DNA of 61,595 nucleotides from Spirochaetaceae bacterium UBA5200 (lineage in GTDB: Bacteria > Spirochaetota > Spirochaetia > Treponematales > UBA12059). The notes beneath the pieces were generated by a model that searched no databases, was not told the DNA's origin, and saw only the letters and a program-made list of their open reading frames with translations. Every line of letters starts with the position of its first letter. Within the stretch, counting starts at the first letter, position 1. Below, piece by piece: positions 1-9,675 of the stretch. The position numbers and the translations under genes were made by a program. The stretch spans positions 1 to 61,595 of the forward strand of contig DHVU01000005.1 of the NCBI GenBank assembly GCA_002412825.1. Reading direction: 5' to 3'.

Positions 1-28
1 TAGATGAGGTGATGGTATCGCTTACAGT

Positions 29-54
29 GAATCTTCGATGTCCAGGTTTTGACA
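29..54. repeat. 26-bp direct repeat copy A (GAATCTTCGATGTCCAGGTTTTGACA); identical copy at 241-266
   Basis: 26/26 identity read directly; both copies end in a TTGACA hexamer. Confidence 0.8.
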
Positions 55-71
55 GGACGTCAAAACCTGGA
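41..71. other. Hairpin, 13-bp perfect stem TCCAGGTTTTGAC / GTCAAAACCTGGA with 5-nt loop
   Basis: Reverse-complement arms read directly; overlaps repeat copy A. Confidence 0.6.
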
Positions 72-240
72 CTAGGGCCGCCTGGCGCGCTTGTGTGCTT
101 CGCACAATTCTGTAAGGAATTGTTTTTATGGTCGCTATACGCGACCGCAGAAACAGCGCGCACGTTAATCAATACCTTGAGGCGCGCGGAGCGAAGCGAC
201 ACTAGTCGCGTGTACGTAACCCGAAGATTCGCGCTAGAGC

Positions 241-266
241 GAATCTTCGATGTCCAGGTTTTGACA
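241..266. repeat. 26-bp direct repeat copy B
   Basis: Identical to 29-54; lacks the second hairpin arm present after copy A. Confidence 0.8.
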
Positions 267-279
267 AGGCGGGAATTTC

Positions 280-308
280 TTGACAAAAATTCGAGGCTGT
301 CGTATTCA
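280..308 (+). promoter_or_regulatory. Candidate sigma70-type promoter (TTGACA, 17-nt spacer, TATTCA) upstream of the first CDS
   Basis: -35 hexamer perfect, -10 weak (3/6); a second TTGACA lies at 261-266. Confidence 0.25.
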
Positions 309-361
309 TAGCTGCGGGCAAAGCGGCGATCTATGGTTGGGCAGATTAGGGTACTATAGCC

Positions 362-1456
362 TTGCACGAGTCAGACGTAGGACTGCGGGAGGATGCTATT
401 AAAAGAATACGGGATTATAATATTACCATAGGTGCTATGAAGACCGGCCCAAGGAATACGATTAGCGATGTACCGGGCGTTCGCGTAGGGCACGTTACCA
501 TAGACCAAGCGGACCATAAAACAGGCGTAACGGTAATTCTTCCTTGTGAAGACAATATTTTCCTTAACAAAATGACCGCGGCAGCGTATGTGCTGAACGG
601 TTTCGGTAAAACCACAGGCCTTGTACAGATAGACGAGCTCGGTAGCCTTGAAAGCCCCATTGCGCTCACGAATACCCTGAACGTAGGGATAGTCCAGGAT
701 GCTATTGTGGGCATTATGGCGGAGCGATGCGCTGCTGACGGTGTACAGCTCAGATCTATAAATCCTGTCGTATGCGAATGCAATGACGCCGAGCTCAATC
801 ATATAGCTGAGCGGGCAGTACGGCCGGAACATGTAGCGGAAGCCATAGACAGGGCGGGCCTGGAATTTGACGAAGGAGCGGTAGGAGCCGGCAGAGGCAC
901 GGTGTGCTATGGATTAAAAGGGGGAATAGGATCAGCTTCCCGCGTCATTTCCTTGAATGGTTCTGAATACACCCTTGGTGTACTCGTGCAGTCAAACCAT
1001 GGCAGGCTCGAGGATCTGTTGGTCAGTGGCAAGCCCTATGGCAGGATTATACTCGAAACAATAAAAGAACGGGAACCGGCTACTCCGGGACTATCGAGTC
1101 CTTCAGTCGACAGCGGTTCTATTATCATCATCGTGGCCACCGACTTGCCCCTTTCCGATAGGCAGCTGCGCAGGGTAATAAAGCGCGCAAGCGTGGGCTT
1201 GGCCCGTACCGGATCGTATATGGGGCACGGCAGCGGAGAGATCGCCGTGGGGTTTTGCAGCGCTAATCGCTTGAAGGCTCATGAGGTGAGCGAGTTTCTT
1301 ACGCTCACCATAGTGGCCGAAGAGAAGCTCGACGAGGCATTTAGGGCCGTCGCGGAGGCTACGGAAGAGGCTATCCTCAATTCGATGGTGTGCGCGCGCG
1401 CCGCGACGCGGAGAAATGGCCAAACCCTGCATAGTCTTTCGGAATTTTTAGCCTAG
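362..1456 (+). CDS. Peptidase family S58 (DmpA / L-aminopeptidase-D-esterase, P1-family)
   Basis: Motifs ITDVPGVRVGH, GLKGGIGSAS, SIIIIVATDLPL and GSGEIAVGF are typical of the DmpA/OAT fold. Start is uncertain (TTG at 362; first ATG at 437). Confidence 0.7.
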   Translation: MHESDVGLREDAIKRIRDYNITIGAMKTGPRNTISDVPGVRVGHVTIDQADHKTGVTVILPCEDNIFLNKMTAAAYVLNGFGKTTGLVQIDELGSLESPIALTNTLNVGIVQDAIVGIMAERCAADGVQLRSINPVVCECNDAELNHIAERAVRPEHVAEAIDRAGLEFDEGAVGAGRGTVCYGLKGGIGSASRVISLNGSEYTLGVLVQSNHGRLEDLLVSGKPYGRIILETIKEREPATPGLSSPSVDSGSIIIIVATDLPLSDRQLRRVIKRASVGLARTGSYMGHGSGEIAVGFCSANRLKAHEVSEFLTLTIVAEEKLDEAFRAVAEATEEAILNSMVCARAATRRNGQTLHSLSEFLA

Positions 1457-1489
1457 TAGCGGGTAAAAAAACCATGGTATTATTGAGCT

Positions 1490-2449
1490 ATGAGACTAGC
1501 CTGCGTCGGCAACGCCCTAATCGATATTATCGCTCATGTAGAGCCGGATTTCCCCTGCTCTATAGGCGTGCATCCAGGCTCTACCGAGCATGTAGAAAGG
1601 CCTGTGCTTGCCTATGTACTTGAAGCCCTGGCCGACTACGGCTTTTCCGCCGGTGGAGGGGCGGCGAATACGGCAAGGGCATTTACCGCGCTCGGGGGTA
1701 AAGCCTCTTTTACCGGCGCCATTGGCGACGATGACTGGGGGCGCCGCTATAAGGAAGATCTGGAGCGTGCCGGCGTAAGCGCCTTTTTACAGAGGCACGA
1801 GGGCTTTACCGGCCTGTTTCTGTCCTTATGCGATTCCAGCGGGCAACGAAGCATAATGGTCAATCCCGGTGTTGCCGATCGGCTGACGCCGAGCATGATG
1901 CCTGATTCGATCTTTTCCAAAAAATCAGTACTCTATATCGACGGCTTTCTCGCTCTCGACGAAGGCATGCTCGAGTATCTCGTGGCTAAAGCGAAAGCCG
2001 CCGCTATGCCGATAGCCTTTGACGCAGGCGGGCAACGACTTGTGCGCGCGAATCGCGAGCTTTTCATGCATATCATTTGCGAGGATGCTACCTGGGCTTT
2101 TCTCAATGAGGACGAATTCGTTGCGCTGGCGGAGGTGTCCGTCGACGCATCGCTTGCTTCTTTTGCCATGGGCATAGCCGGCACCCTTGTGGTTAAGCGG
2201 GGCGAGACCGGTGCAGTCTGTATTAAAGACGGGCAATTATACGAGAGTTCGGTGCGGGCGCTCGAAGGCCTTGACACGACTGGCGCCGGCGACGCCTTTG
2301 CCGCGGGTTTCTTGAAGGCGAGCCTGTCAGGCGCACCGTTGGCTCGCTGTATGCGCATGGGTAACTGGACGGCGGAGCACGCTATTCAGGTGCCCGGCCT
2401 TGCCCTCGATGCGGATGGACTATGCAAGGGAATGTCAGCGTTTCTTTAA
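1490..2449 (+). CDS. PfkB-family carbohydrate kinase (ribokinase-like)
   Basis: C-terminal DTTGAGDAFAAGFL anion-hole motif; about 319 aa. Confidence 0.75.
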   Translation: MRLACVGNALIDIIAHVEPDFPCSIGVHPGSTEHVERPVLAYVLEALADYGFSAGGGAANTARAFTALGGKASFTGAIGDDDWGRRYKEDLERAGVSAFLQRHEGFTGLFLSLCDSSGQRSIMVNPGVADRLTPSMMPDSIFSKKSVLYIDGFLALDEGMLEYLVAKAKAAAMPIAFDAGGQRLVRANRELFMHIICEDATWAFLNEDEFVALAEVSVDASLASFAMGIAGTLVVKRGETGAVCIKDGQLYESSVRALEGLDTTGAGDAFAAGFLKASLSGAPLARCMRMGNWTAEHAIQVPGLALDADGLCKGMSAFL

Positions 2450-2564
2450 TAGGCTATGTACGGTAAAAATGAGCTCAAAGCTCTATGAATTACCCTTAAA
2501 ACCTTGCCAAAAGCCTTCAAAACTAGATATTTTAGTGTCATAACCTCAGAAAGGAAGGCGGAAT

Positions 2565-4934
2565 ATGCCTGACAACCAGATTATTCCTATAGAAATGATT
2601 CTGCCCAATAAGATACCGATCATACCTCTTAACGGTAAACCTATTTTCCCCGGGATCTTTACGCCGATCATGCTCGGTAGCCAGGAAGACATTAAAACCG
2701 TTGACGACGCCATGCAATCGGATGGCATGGTAGGGCTCGTGCTCGTGCGCGAGGATACCGATAAGCCGCAAGCAAGCGACCTCCATCAGGTGGGCACGGT
2801 GGCTAAGGTAGTAAAGCGAATAAACCTGCCCGACGGCTCGGTGAACATTTTCATTTCCACCCTTAAGCGTTTTAAGATCAAGAAAGTCTTGTCCAAAGAG
2901 CAGCCCATCGTAGCCGCGGTGGAGTACTTGGAGGATCAGGGCGAAGGACCCGACGAGGTAAAAGCCCTTACCCGGGCGCTCATATCGGAAATGAAGCAGG
3001 TGTCGGAGAACAATCCGCTCTTTTCCGAGGAAATGCGCCTCAATATGATCAATATCGATCACCCGGGCAAGATCGCGGACTTTATCGCGAGCATACTCAA
3101 TATCGATAAGAATGAGCAGCAGAAGATACTCGAGATTCTCGATGTTCAGGAGCGTATGGAGCGCGTGCTTATTTTTATTAAGCGCGAACAGGAATTACTG
3201 CGTATACAGAAACGCATACAGGGCGAGATTAATGACAAGATAGAAAAGAGCCAGCGCGATTACTTCCTTAAGGAAGAGCTGAAGGCCATCAAGCAGGAGC
3301 TTGGCATGCCCGCGGACGCGAAGAGCTCCGACTATCAGCGCTTTAAGGATAAAATTGAAGCGTTCGGCTTCAAGGGCGAGGTGAAAGAGCTCGTTGAGCA
3401 GGAGCTGGAAAAGTTCGGCCTCATGGATCCTAATTCCAGCGAGTTTATCGTCACGCGCAATTGGCTCGAGCTTATAGGCAATCTGCCTTGGAAGGCTGGG
3501 ACCGCTTCGGATTTCAATATGAAGGAAGCGCGCGACATACTCGAGAATGATCATTATGGGCTTAAGGACGTAAAAGACCGCATAATAGAGTATCTGGCGG
3601 TGCGCAAGCTTAAGAAGGACAGCAAAGGATCCATACTCTGCCTCGTGGGGCCTCCTGGCGTCGGCAAGACGAGCGTGGGCAGATCCATAGCCCGCGCTTT
3701 AGGCAAGGAATTTTTCCGGTTCAGCGTCGGCGGCATGCGCGACGAGGCTGAGATAAAGGGGCACCGCCGCACTTACGTAGGCGCCCTGCCGGGCAAGATT
3801 ATCCAGGGCCTTAAGATTACCAAGGCCAGGGATCCGGTGTTCATGATAGACGAGATTGACAAGATGGGCTCAAGCTACCAGGGCGATCCTTCGAGCGCTC
3901 TACTTGAGGTGCTCGATCCCGAACAGAATTTCGCCTTCCGCGATCATTACCTGGATCTGCCCTTCGACGTATCGAGCGTATTCTTCATCGTTACCGCCAA
4001 TACCCTCGATACCATACCCGGACCGTTGCGGGACCGCATGGAGATTATCCAGCTGCCAGGCTATGTGGATTCAGAAAAGCTTGAGATAGCCAAACGCTAC
4101 CTCATACCTAAAAGCCTTGAGAAAAACGGGCTAAAAAAATCCCAGGTGAAGTACACCCGCGACGCGCTTACGGCCATAGCCGAGGGCTACGCCCGGGAAG
4201 CGGGCGTACGTAATTTCGAGAAATATCTCGATCGCATACACCGAAAACTCGCCCTGGTAGTCGTCAGCGATGAACGCGATGAAGTCAAGATTAAGAAGGA
4301 GCCGAAGAAATTCAGCGTGGACAAGCCCTCGCTTGAGAAATATCTCGGCCAGCCCCGCTTCGACTCCGATGTGATAAAGCGCGCAACGCTGCCGGGCATG
4401 ACCGTGGGCCTGGCCTGGACCAGCATGGGAGGGGACACCCTCATTATAGAGGCGGTATCCAACCCCGGCAAAGAAGGCTTTAAGCTCACCGGGCAGATGG
4501 GCGCGGTCATGCAGGAATCGGCGGGCATAGCCTATACCTGGGTGCGCCACTACGTAGCCGAGGCTAAGGGGATAGACGCGGGCTATTTCGAGGCCAAGCA
4601 GATACACCTGCATATACCCGAAGGCGCTACGCCTAAGGACGGACCCTCGGCGGGCGTTACCATGGCCACGGCTTTGGCTTCGCTGGTATTGGGTAAAAAA
4701 GTAAAGGACAGGCTGGCCATGACCGGCGAACTCTCGCTTACCGGCCAGGTGCTGGCCATTGGCGGGCTTAGGGAGAAGACGGTAGCCGCCAAGCGCAATA
4801 AGGTGCGCGACATCATCATACCCAAGGCCAACGAAAAGGATTTAGCCGAGATACCGGAGCACGTTAAGAAAGGCATAAGCTTTCATCCGGTTGAGCGCAT
4901 GGAAGAGGTGCTCGCCATAGCGCTACCCGACTAG
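2565..4934 (+). CDS. lon: ATP-dependent Lon protease
   Basis: 789 aa with Walker A GPPGVGKTS, LON N-domain, catalytic PKDGPSAG serine motif and RBS GAAAGGAAGG upstream. Confidence 0.95.
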   Translation: MPDNQIIPIEMILPNKIPIIPLNGKPIFPGIFTPIMLGSQEDIKTVDDAMQSDGMVGLVLVREDTDKPQASDLHQVGTVAKVVKRINLPDGSVNIFISTLKRFKIKKVLSKEQPIVAAVEYLEDQGEGPDEVKALTRALISEMKQVSENNPLFSEEMRLNMINIDHPGKIADFIASILNIDKNEQQKILEILDVQERMERVLIFIKREQELLRIQKRIQGEINDKIEKSQRDYFLKEELKAIKQELGMPADAKSSDYQRFKDKIEAFGFKGEVKELVEQELEKFGLMDPNSSEFIVTRNWLELIGNLPWKAGTASDFNMKEARDILENDHYGLKDVKDRIIEYLAVRKLKKDSKGSILCLVGPPGVGKTSVGRSIARALGKEFFRFSVGGMRDEAEIKGHRRTYVGALPGKIIQGLKITKARDPVFMIDEIDKMGSSYQGDPSSALLEVLDPEQNFAFRDHYLDLPFDVSSVFFIVTANTLDTIPGPLRDRMEIIQLPGYVDSEKLEIAKRYLIPKSLEKNGLKKSQVKYTRDALTAIAEGYAREAGVRNFEKYLDRIHRKLALVVVSDERDEVKIKKEPKKFSVDKPSLEKYLGQPRFDSDVIKRATLPGMTVGLAWTSMGGDTLIIEAVSNPGKEGFKLTGQMGAVMQESAGIAYTWVRHYVAEAKGIDAGYFEAKQIHLHIPEGATPKDGPSAGVTMATALASLVLGKKVKDRLAMTGELSLTGQVLAIGGLREKTVAAKRNKVRDIIIPKANEKDLAEIPEHVKKGISFHPVERMEEVLAIALPD

Positions 4935-6094
4935 AGCCAGTATTCGGCCGGCCTGGGGTGGCTTAGGAAGTCGCTCATGGCTTCCGTGCGCCCGTAGGCC
5001 CCGGCCTGGCCGAACATGAGAGCGTCACCCGCCTTAAGTTGCGGTGCATGGGCCAAACCTATACGATCTAGCGATGTGCAGAGCGGCCCGGCCAGTATAT
5101 AGTCGCGCCGTGCCCCGCGCAGGCCGGGGGCGGCGCAGGGGAAAGGCTGCCCGGTAAGGAGCGGCCGCAATAGGTGGTTTATGCCTCCCTCTAGGATAGC
5201 AAAATCGCTGCCCCTGCTGTTCTTCGTGCGCAGGACTTTGCTGAGGTATACGCCGCAGGGACCGGCCAGCCAGCGGCCAGGCTCAAGTACGAGGCGGCCG
5301 TTAAACCAGGGGTTTGCTTCGAGTACAACGGCTAAGCCTTCAGCGAGCGCCTGTACATTAAGCGGCGCTTCCGTATCAGCGTAGGGTATGCCTAAGCCTC
5401 CGCCTAAGTCTATGTACTCAAGCGCAAGCCCGAAGGCCTCCGTTAGCTGCCTGCCGATGTCCAGAGCCTTCCGGTGATTGGATAGCAGGCTATCCGCGTT
5501 TCGCTCATTGCTCGAGGCGAATACCTGCAGCCCGGCTATGCGCACGCGCGTAAACGGAGCTAGCTCTAGCAAGAACCTGGCTATGTTCTCCTCGTCAACG
5601 CCGAAGGCGGAGGGTCCGCTGCCTCCTATGATGCGAGAGCCTTCCTCTATGCCAGACGCGGGATGCACGCGGAGGTTTACGGCGAGCGGCTCGTCCCGCC
5701 CTTCCTCAGCCAGGAGGCGATCCAGGCGCTCGACGTCCTCTATGCCGTCTACTTGTATGCGGGCGCCGGCGGCAAGGGCGGCTTGTAGGTCGGCCTCGCT
5801 CTTGCCCGGGCCAGCGAAGAGTATGAGGCTGGAGCAGCCGCCCGCTTCTTGCAGCGCTTTAAGCTCGCCGGCTGATGCGCAGTCGAAGGACGATCCAAGG
5901 CTGGAGAATAGCTTAAGGAGGGGCAGGCCGGGATTGGCCTTTACCGCGTAGGCAAGCTCAACGCGGGGGGGCAGGAGCGAACGGAGCTCTATAAAGCGTT
6001 CGCGGGCACGTTCGAGCCTATAGGCAAAAAAAGGTGTCTGATGGCGTTCCAGCAGTTCCAGGGCTTCCCGTTCGGAAAAGGCGTACATACTCAT
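4931..6094 (-). CDS. lysA: Diaminopimelate decarboxylase
   Basis: PLP fold-III decarboxylase motifs (YAVKANP, GGGLGI). Start chosen at MSMYAFSE (ATG 6094-6092), which forms an ATGA overlap with the upstream gene's stop; the longer ORF N-extension is implausible. Confidence 0.85.
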   Translation of the reverse strand: MSMYAFSEREALELLERHQTPFFAYRLERARERFIELRSLLPPRVELAYAVKANPGLPLLKLFSSLGSSFDCASAGELKALQEAGGCSSLILFAGPGKSEADLQAALAAGARIQVDGIEDVERLDRLLAEEGRDEPLAVNLRVHPASGIEEGSRIIGGSGPSAFGVDEENIARFLLELAPFTRVRIAGLQVFASSNERNADSLLSNHRKALDIGRQLTEAFGLALEYIDLGGGLGIPYADTEAPLNVQALAEGLAVVLEANPWFNGRLVLEPGRWLAGPCGVYLSKVLRTKNSRGSDFAILEGGINHLLRPLLTGQPFPCAAPGLRGARRDYILAGPLCTSLDRIGLAHAPQLKAGDALMFGQAGAYGRTEAMSDFLSHPRPAEYWL

Positions 6095-7209
6095 GGCATG
6101 CTCCAAAATGGCGCAAGGCGACGCAGGCCCTCGCGTATGCTTTCTGGCTTTCCGGCAAAGCTGACCCGGGCATAGCCCCTGCCCGCTTCGCCAAAGGCCA
6201 GTCCGGGAATAATGATGACCCTGCCCCTGTCGCGAAGCTTGAGGCAAAACGCCAGGGGATCTTCATGGGCAAGGGGGGGCAGAGGCAGCCAGGAATAGAA
6301 GCTTCCGGAGGGGAGGGCCGGATTTAAACCCAAGGCTTCATCGGCAGTGCCACTGAACGCGTACCAGCGCTCGGCAAGCTCGGCCCGCATGGCCGGCAGT
6401 ACGCTTGGCGCATCGTCAAGGAGGGCAACGGCGGCGAGCTGGCTCGGCCGGGCCGCAGCCGTGTTCATGTAATTGTGGATAAGGCGCGCTGGCGCCAGGA
6501 GCTCGGGTTCGCCTATGGCCCAGCCTACGCGCAGGCCCGGCGCGCCGAAGGCCTTGCTCAGTGACGAAAGCACGATACCGTAGTCGCTCGCGTCCCGCAG
6601 GCTCGCTTGCCGCTCTCCAAGATAGAGCTCGCGGTACACCTCGTCCGATACAAGCACGACCCCGCGCGCTCTACATGCTTCCGCTACGGCGCGCAGGGCT
6701 TCAAGGCTCGCGCCGCCGCCCGTGGGGTTGCCTGGATGGTTTATGACGGCGAGGCGTATGCTCTCGTCGGCGTTTAAGCAGCCGATAAACGCGTCCGGGT
6801 CGAGGCAGCCCGTGGCGGAGAGCGGATACAGTACGCTATTGGCTCCGGCGAGCTTGGCCAGCACGGGGTAGGCTATGAAGCCCGGATCGGGCAGGAGCGC
6901 GCTTACGCCCCGCTCGAGGTACGCCTGGAATAGGGCAAAGAGCGCGGCCTGGCTTCCTGAGCTTACCATGATCTGCTCTTCGCTGACGCCGTAATAAGCC
7001 GCAAGGCTCGCGCGCATTTCCGGCAAGCCCTGATTAGGGCCGTAAGCGCAGGCGGAGCCTGAATTGGCCAAGGCCTTTACGGCGGCGGGCGGCAGCGGCC
7101 AGCTTGGCTCCCCGAGGCCCAACGATACGGTGCCCGGGGGCGCCCCTTCGTTCATGGCTCGTATGGGAGAGAGGGCTATGCCGGCTAAACGCGAGGCGCA
7201 TGGTATCAT
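6091..7209 (-). CDS. Class I/II PLP aminotransferase, probably N-succinyl-diaminopimelate aminotransferase
   Basis: Aminotransferase fold (SLSKAFGAPGLRVGW). DapC role is inferred from operon context between dapD and lysA. Confidence 0.65.
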   Translation of the reverse strand: MIPCASRLAGIALSPIRAMNEGAPPGTVSLGLGEPSWPLPPAAVKALANSGSACAYGPNQGLPEMRASLAAYYGVSEEQIMVSSGSQAALFALFQAYLERGVSALLPDPGFIAYPVLAKLAGANSVLYPLSATGCLDPDAFIGCLNADESIRLAVINHPGNPTGGGASLEALRAVAEACRARGVVLVSDEVYRELYLGERQASLRDASDYGIVLSSLSKAFGAPGLRVGWAIGEPELLAPARLIHNYMNTAAARPSQLAAVALLDDAPSVLPAMRAELAERWYAFSGTADEALGLNPALPSGSFYSWLPLPPLAHEDPLAFCLKLRDRGRVIIIPGLAFGEAGRGYARVSFAGKPESIREGLRRLAPFWSMP

Positions 7210-8021
7210 CGCAGCGCCGATTCCAGCGCGGTGGCCGCATCGGTGCCCGCGTCGCGGTATTTGACTATGCAGGGCGCGTATAGGGCGATGCCGCGCCCTG
7301 CCGCCCAGGTCGAAAGCGCGGGGCGTGTGCCGGGCACGACCACGGCCCCTTGAGGCACCTCGCCTTTGAGTTCTTTATCGTTGACGAGATCATAGATGAG
7401 GGTGGACGCGCTGATAATAGTGCCGGGCGCGAGCACGGCGTTTTCGCGCACGAGCACGCCTTCGAAGAGGCCCGTAAGCCCTCCTATGAAGCAGCCGTCT
7501 TCCACGATTACCGGGCGGGCTCCGGCCGGCTCAAGCACGCCGCCTATCTGGGCCCCGGCCGACAGGTGCACCCGCTCCCCTATCTGGGCGCAGGAACCCA
7601 CGAGGGCGTGGCTGTCCACCATGCTGCCTGAGCCAACGAAAGCGCCTACGTTTATAAAGGCCGGCGGCATGATGACGGCGCCAGGACGCACGCAGGCGCC
7701 GCGACGAACCGACGAGCCGCCGGGCACCATACGCACCTCGTCCTTTAGGCCGAATATACGGGGGCAGAAGGCTTCCTTGTCCACCGCGCCGCCTGGCCAG
7801 TTACTATACTCAGCCAGGGGTGACGAGCGGAATATGCTCAGTATGCCCCGCTTTACGTAACGTTCCGCCAGCCACAGGCCGTCTTCGCCGCGCCGCGCCG
7901 TGCGCAACTCGCCGCTTTCCAGCGCGCTTAAAAGCGTCGCCTGAGCCTCAGGCAGATGAGCGTCGCCGGCTATGTCTTCGTCGCTCCGTTCGAAAAATGC
8001 GCGCAAATCTTCGGCCTTCAT
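7206..8021 (-). CDS. dapD: Tetrahydrodipicolinate N-succinyltransferase
   Basis: N-terminal DapD-type domain (GELR..A..G.W..ERYVKRGILSIFR) plus hexapeptide repeats. Start at MKAEDL overlaps the dapA stop. Confidence 0.8.
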   Translation of the reverse strand: MKAEDLRAFFERSDEDIAGDAHLPEAQATLLSALESGELRTARRGEDGLWLAERYVKRGILSIFRSSPLAEYSNWPGGAVDKEAFCPRIFGLKDEVRMVPGGSSVRRGACVRPGAVIMPPAFINVGAFVGSGSMVDSHALVGSCAQIGERVHLSAGAQIGGVLEPAGARPVIVEDGCFIGGLTGLFEGVLVRENAVLAPGTIISASTLIYDLVNDKELKGEVPQGAVVVPGTRPALSTWAAGRGIALYAPCIVKYRDAGTDAATALESALR

Positions 8022-8926
8022 CGCGATGCCCCCAGGAGCCCAAGTTCCTGCAGCGCCTTGCGCACGCGTTGCCTGGTAGGCTCGGAAGCGCCGGCTAAGG
8101 GCAGGCGCGGCAGCGACGAGCACAGGCTCAGTTCTTCAAGGCCCGCCTTTAAAGGCGCGGGATTACTTTCAGCGAAGAGCGCGTCCATGAGCGGAAGGAG
8201 CCGGTAATGGAGTTCCTGAGCTTCCTTTCGTCTGCCAGCCAGGGCCGCGCTCACCAGGGCCTTAAGCTGGGCAGGGGCGGCGTTGCCCGCCACCGATACG
8301 AGCCCGCTTGCCCCCAGCGCTATAGCGGGCAGGGCCAGGGCGTCGTCTCCGGACAGGAGCAGCTTGCCTGGCGGAAGGCAGCGGGCTATCTCTCCGATTT
8401 GCGCCAGGTTGCCCGAGGACTCCTTTACGCCGATGACTTGCGGTATAGCCCAGAGCCTTGCCAGGATATCAGGCGCCAAATTCAGGCCCGTGCGGCCCGG
8501 TACGTTGTACGCAATGATGGGCAGGCCGTCCGCCGCCGCCGCCACGGCCCGGTAGTGGGCTTCCAGGCCAGCGGGCTGGGGTTTGTTATAGTAGGGCGTG
8601 ACAACGAGGAGGCCCTGTACGCCCAGGGCAGCCGACTCCTTGGCCATAGCTACGGTGCGGGCCGTGGCGTTGTGGCCAACGCCTACGACGACGGGGAGGC
8701 CGCCTGACTCTTCCAGGGCTGCCCGGATTATGCCCTCGCGCTCTTCGTCGCGCACGGTGGCCGCTTCGCCGGTGGAGCCAAGCACGACGAGGAAATCAGC
8801 TCCGCCCGAGCGCACGGAGCGGATGAGCGCGCGAAAGGCCGCTGTATCGACGGTATCGGCATCCTGCGCCGAGAAGGGCGTGGCAAGGGCGACGCCAAGA
8901 CCGGTAAACCTTGTAGCGTTAATCAT
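8018..8926 (-). CDS. dapA: 4-hydroxy-tetrahydrodipicolinate synthase
   Basis: DHDPS/NAL TIM-barrel family with motifs GSTGE and TPYYNKP. Confidence 0.9.
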   Translation of the reverse strand: MINATRFTGLGVALATPFSAQDADTVDTAAFRALIRSVRSGGADFLVVLGSTGEAATVRDEEREGIIRAALEESGGLPVVVGVGHNATARTVAMAKESAALGVQGLLVVTPYYNKPQPAGLEAHYRAVAAAADGLPIIAYNVPGRTGLNLAPDILARLWAIPQVIGVKESSGNLAQIGEIARCLPPGKLLLSGDDALALPAIALGASGLVSVAGNAAPAQLKALVSAALAGRRKEAQELHYRLLPLMDALFAESNPAPLKAGLEELSLCSSLPRLPLAGASEPTRQRVRKALQELGLLGASR

Positions 8927-9675
8927 AGGGTACTCTCCCGTGTAGCGGCGGTTTGGAAAATCGGCGCCAGTATATCGGCGCAGGCCTGGTCGAAGCTCAC
9001 TATGCCCGTATGTCCGGGCAGCCAGCGCAGGGCTCTTAAGGCGCCTTCGGCGAATAGTTCGCGCGTATGCGCTTCGTGGGAAAACACTATGGTTTCCCGC
9101 GGCGCTTCATAGCGCAGTTCGTGATAGCCCACGGCGCTTCCTGAGCGCAGGCTGGCTAGGCTTAAGGCGCCATCGGCGGCCGTTCCCAGGGCCCAGCCCT
9201 GATGGCGGCCTGAGCCCTCCGCCAGCGCCTGCGCGAGCAGTTTGGCGCTGCCCGATGGCGCGTCCGCCTTGGCGCGGTGGTGGCGCTCTATAATGGCCAG
9301 ATCGGCACTGCTCTCAAGCGCCGCAAGGCCCCCGAGCGCAAGGGCGGCCCTGCGCATAAAAGCCATGGCCAGCGAGAAATTTGGGGCAAGCATGATGCCT
9401 ATGCTCAGGGCCTTAGGCTCCGGTACGAGAGCGTCGAGCGTGCCGCGGTCCCAGCCCGTGGCGCCTACGACCATGGGCGTGCCGCTGGCCAGAGCCCATG
9501 CAAGGTGCTCCTCTACCGCGGCTGCCGCGCTCACGTCCAGCGCCGCGTCGACCTTCCCGGCCGGTACGGTATCATCCCGTCCTAGTACCCAGGCGAGGCT
9601 GAGGTCGTTCGCTTCCTCAACCAGACGAGCTACCATGGAGCCGAGCCGTCCCCTGCCGAATATGCCTATCCTCAT
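8923..9675 (-). CDS. dapB: 4-hydroxy-tetrahydrodipicolinate reductase
   Basis: N-terminal Rossmann MRIGIFGRGRLG; about 250 aa; operon context. Confidence 0.85.
   Translation of the reverse strand: MRIGIFGRGRLGSMVARLVEEANDLSLAWVLGRDDTVPAGKVDAALDVSAAAAVEEHLAWALASGTPMVVGATGWDRGTLDALVPEPKALSIGIMLAPNFSLAMAFMRRAALALGGLAALESSADLAIIERHHRAKADAPSGSAKLLAQALAEGSGRHQGWALGTAADGALSLASLRSGSAVGYHELRYEAPRETIVFSHEAHTRELFAEGALRALRWLPGHTGIVSFDQACADILAPIFQTAATRESTL

Noticed and set aside
29-266. Possible CRISPR array (two identical 26-bp repeats)
   Set aside because: There are only two copies, separated by 186 bp instead of a 30-40 bp spacer, and no cas genes are present.
9-311. 100-aa ORF on the plus strand at the window start
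   Set aside because: It lies entirely within the repeat/hairpin block, has no RBS and has a low-complexity Arg-rich sequence; a regulatory or structured-DNA explanation is more likely.
2450-2564. Heat-shock (CIRCE or sigma32) element upstream of lon
   Set aside because: Only a short GAGCTCAAAGCTC hairpin and a TTGCCA/ATATTT sigma70-like pair were found, with no CIRCE inverted repeat.
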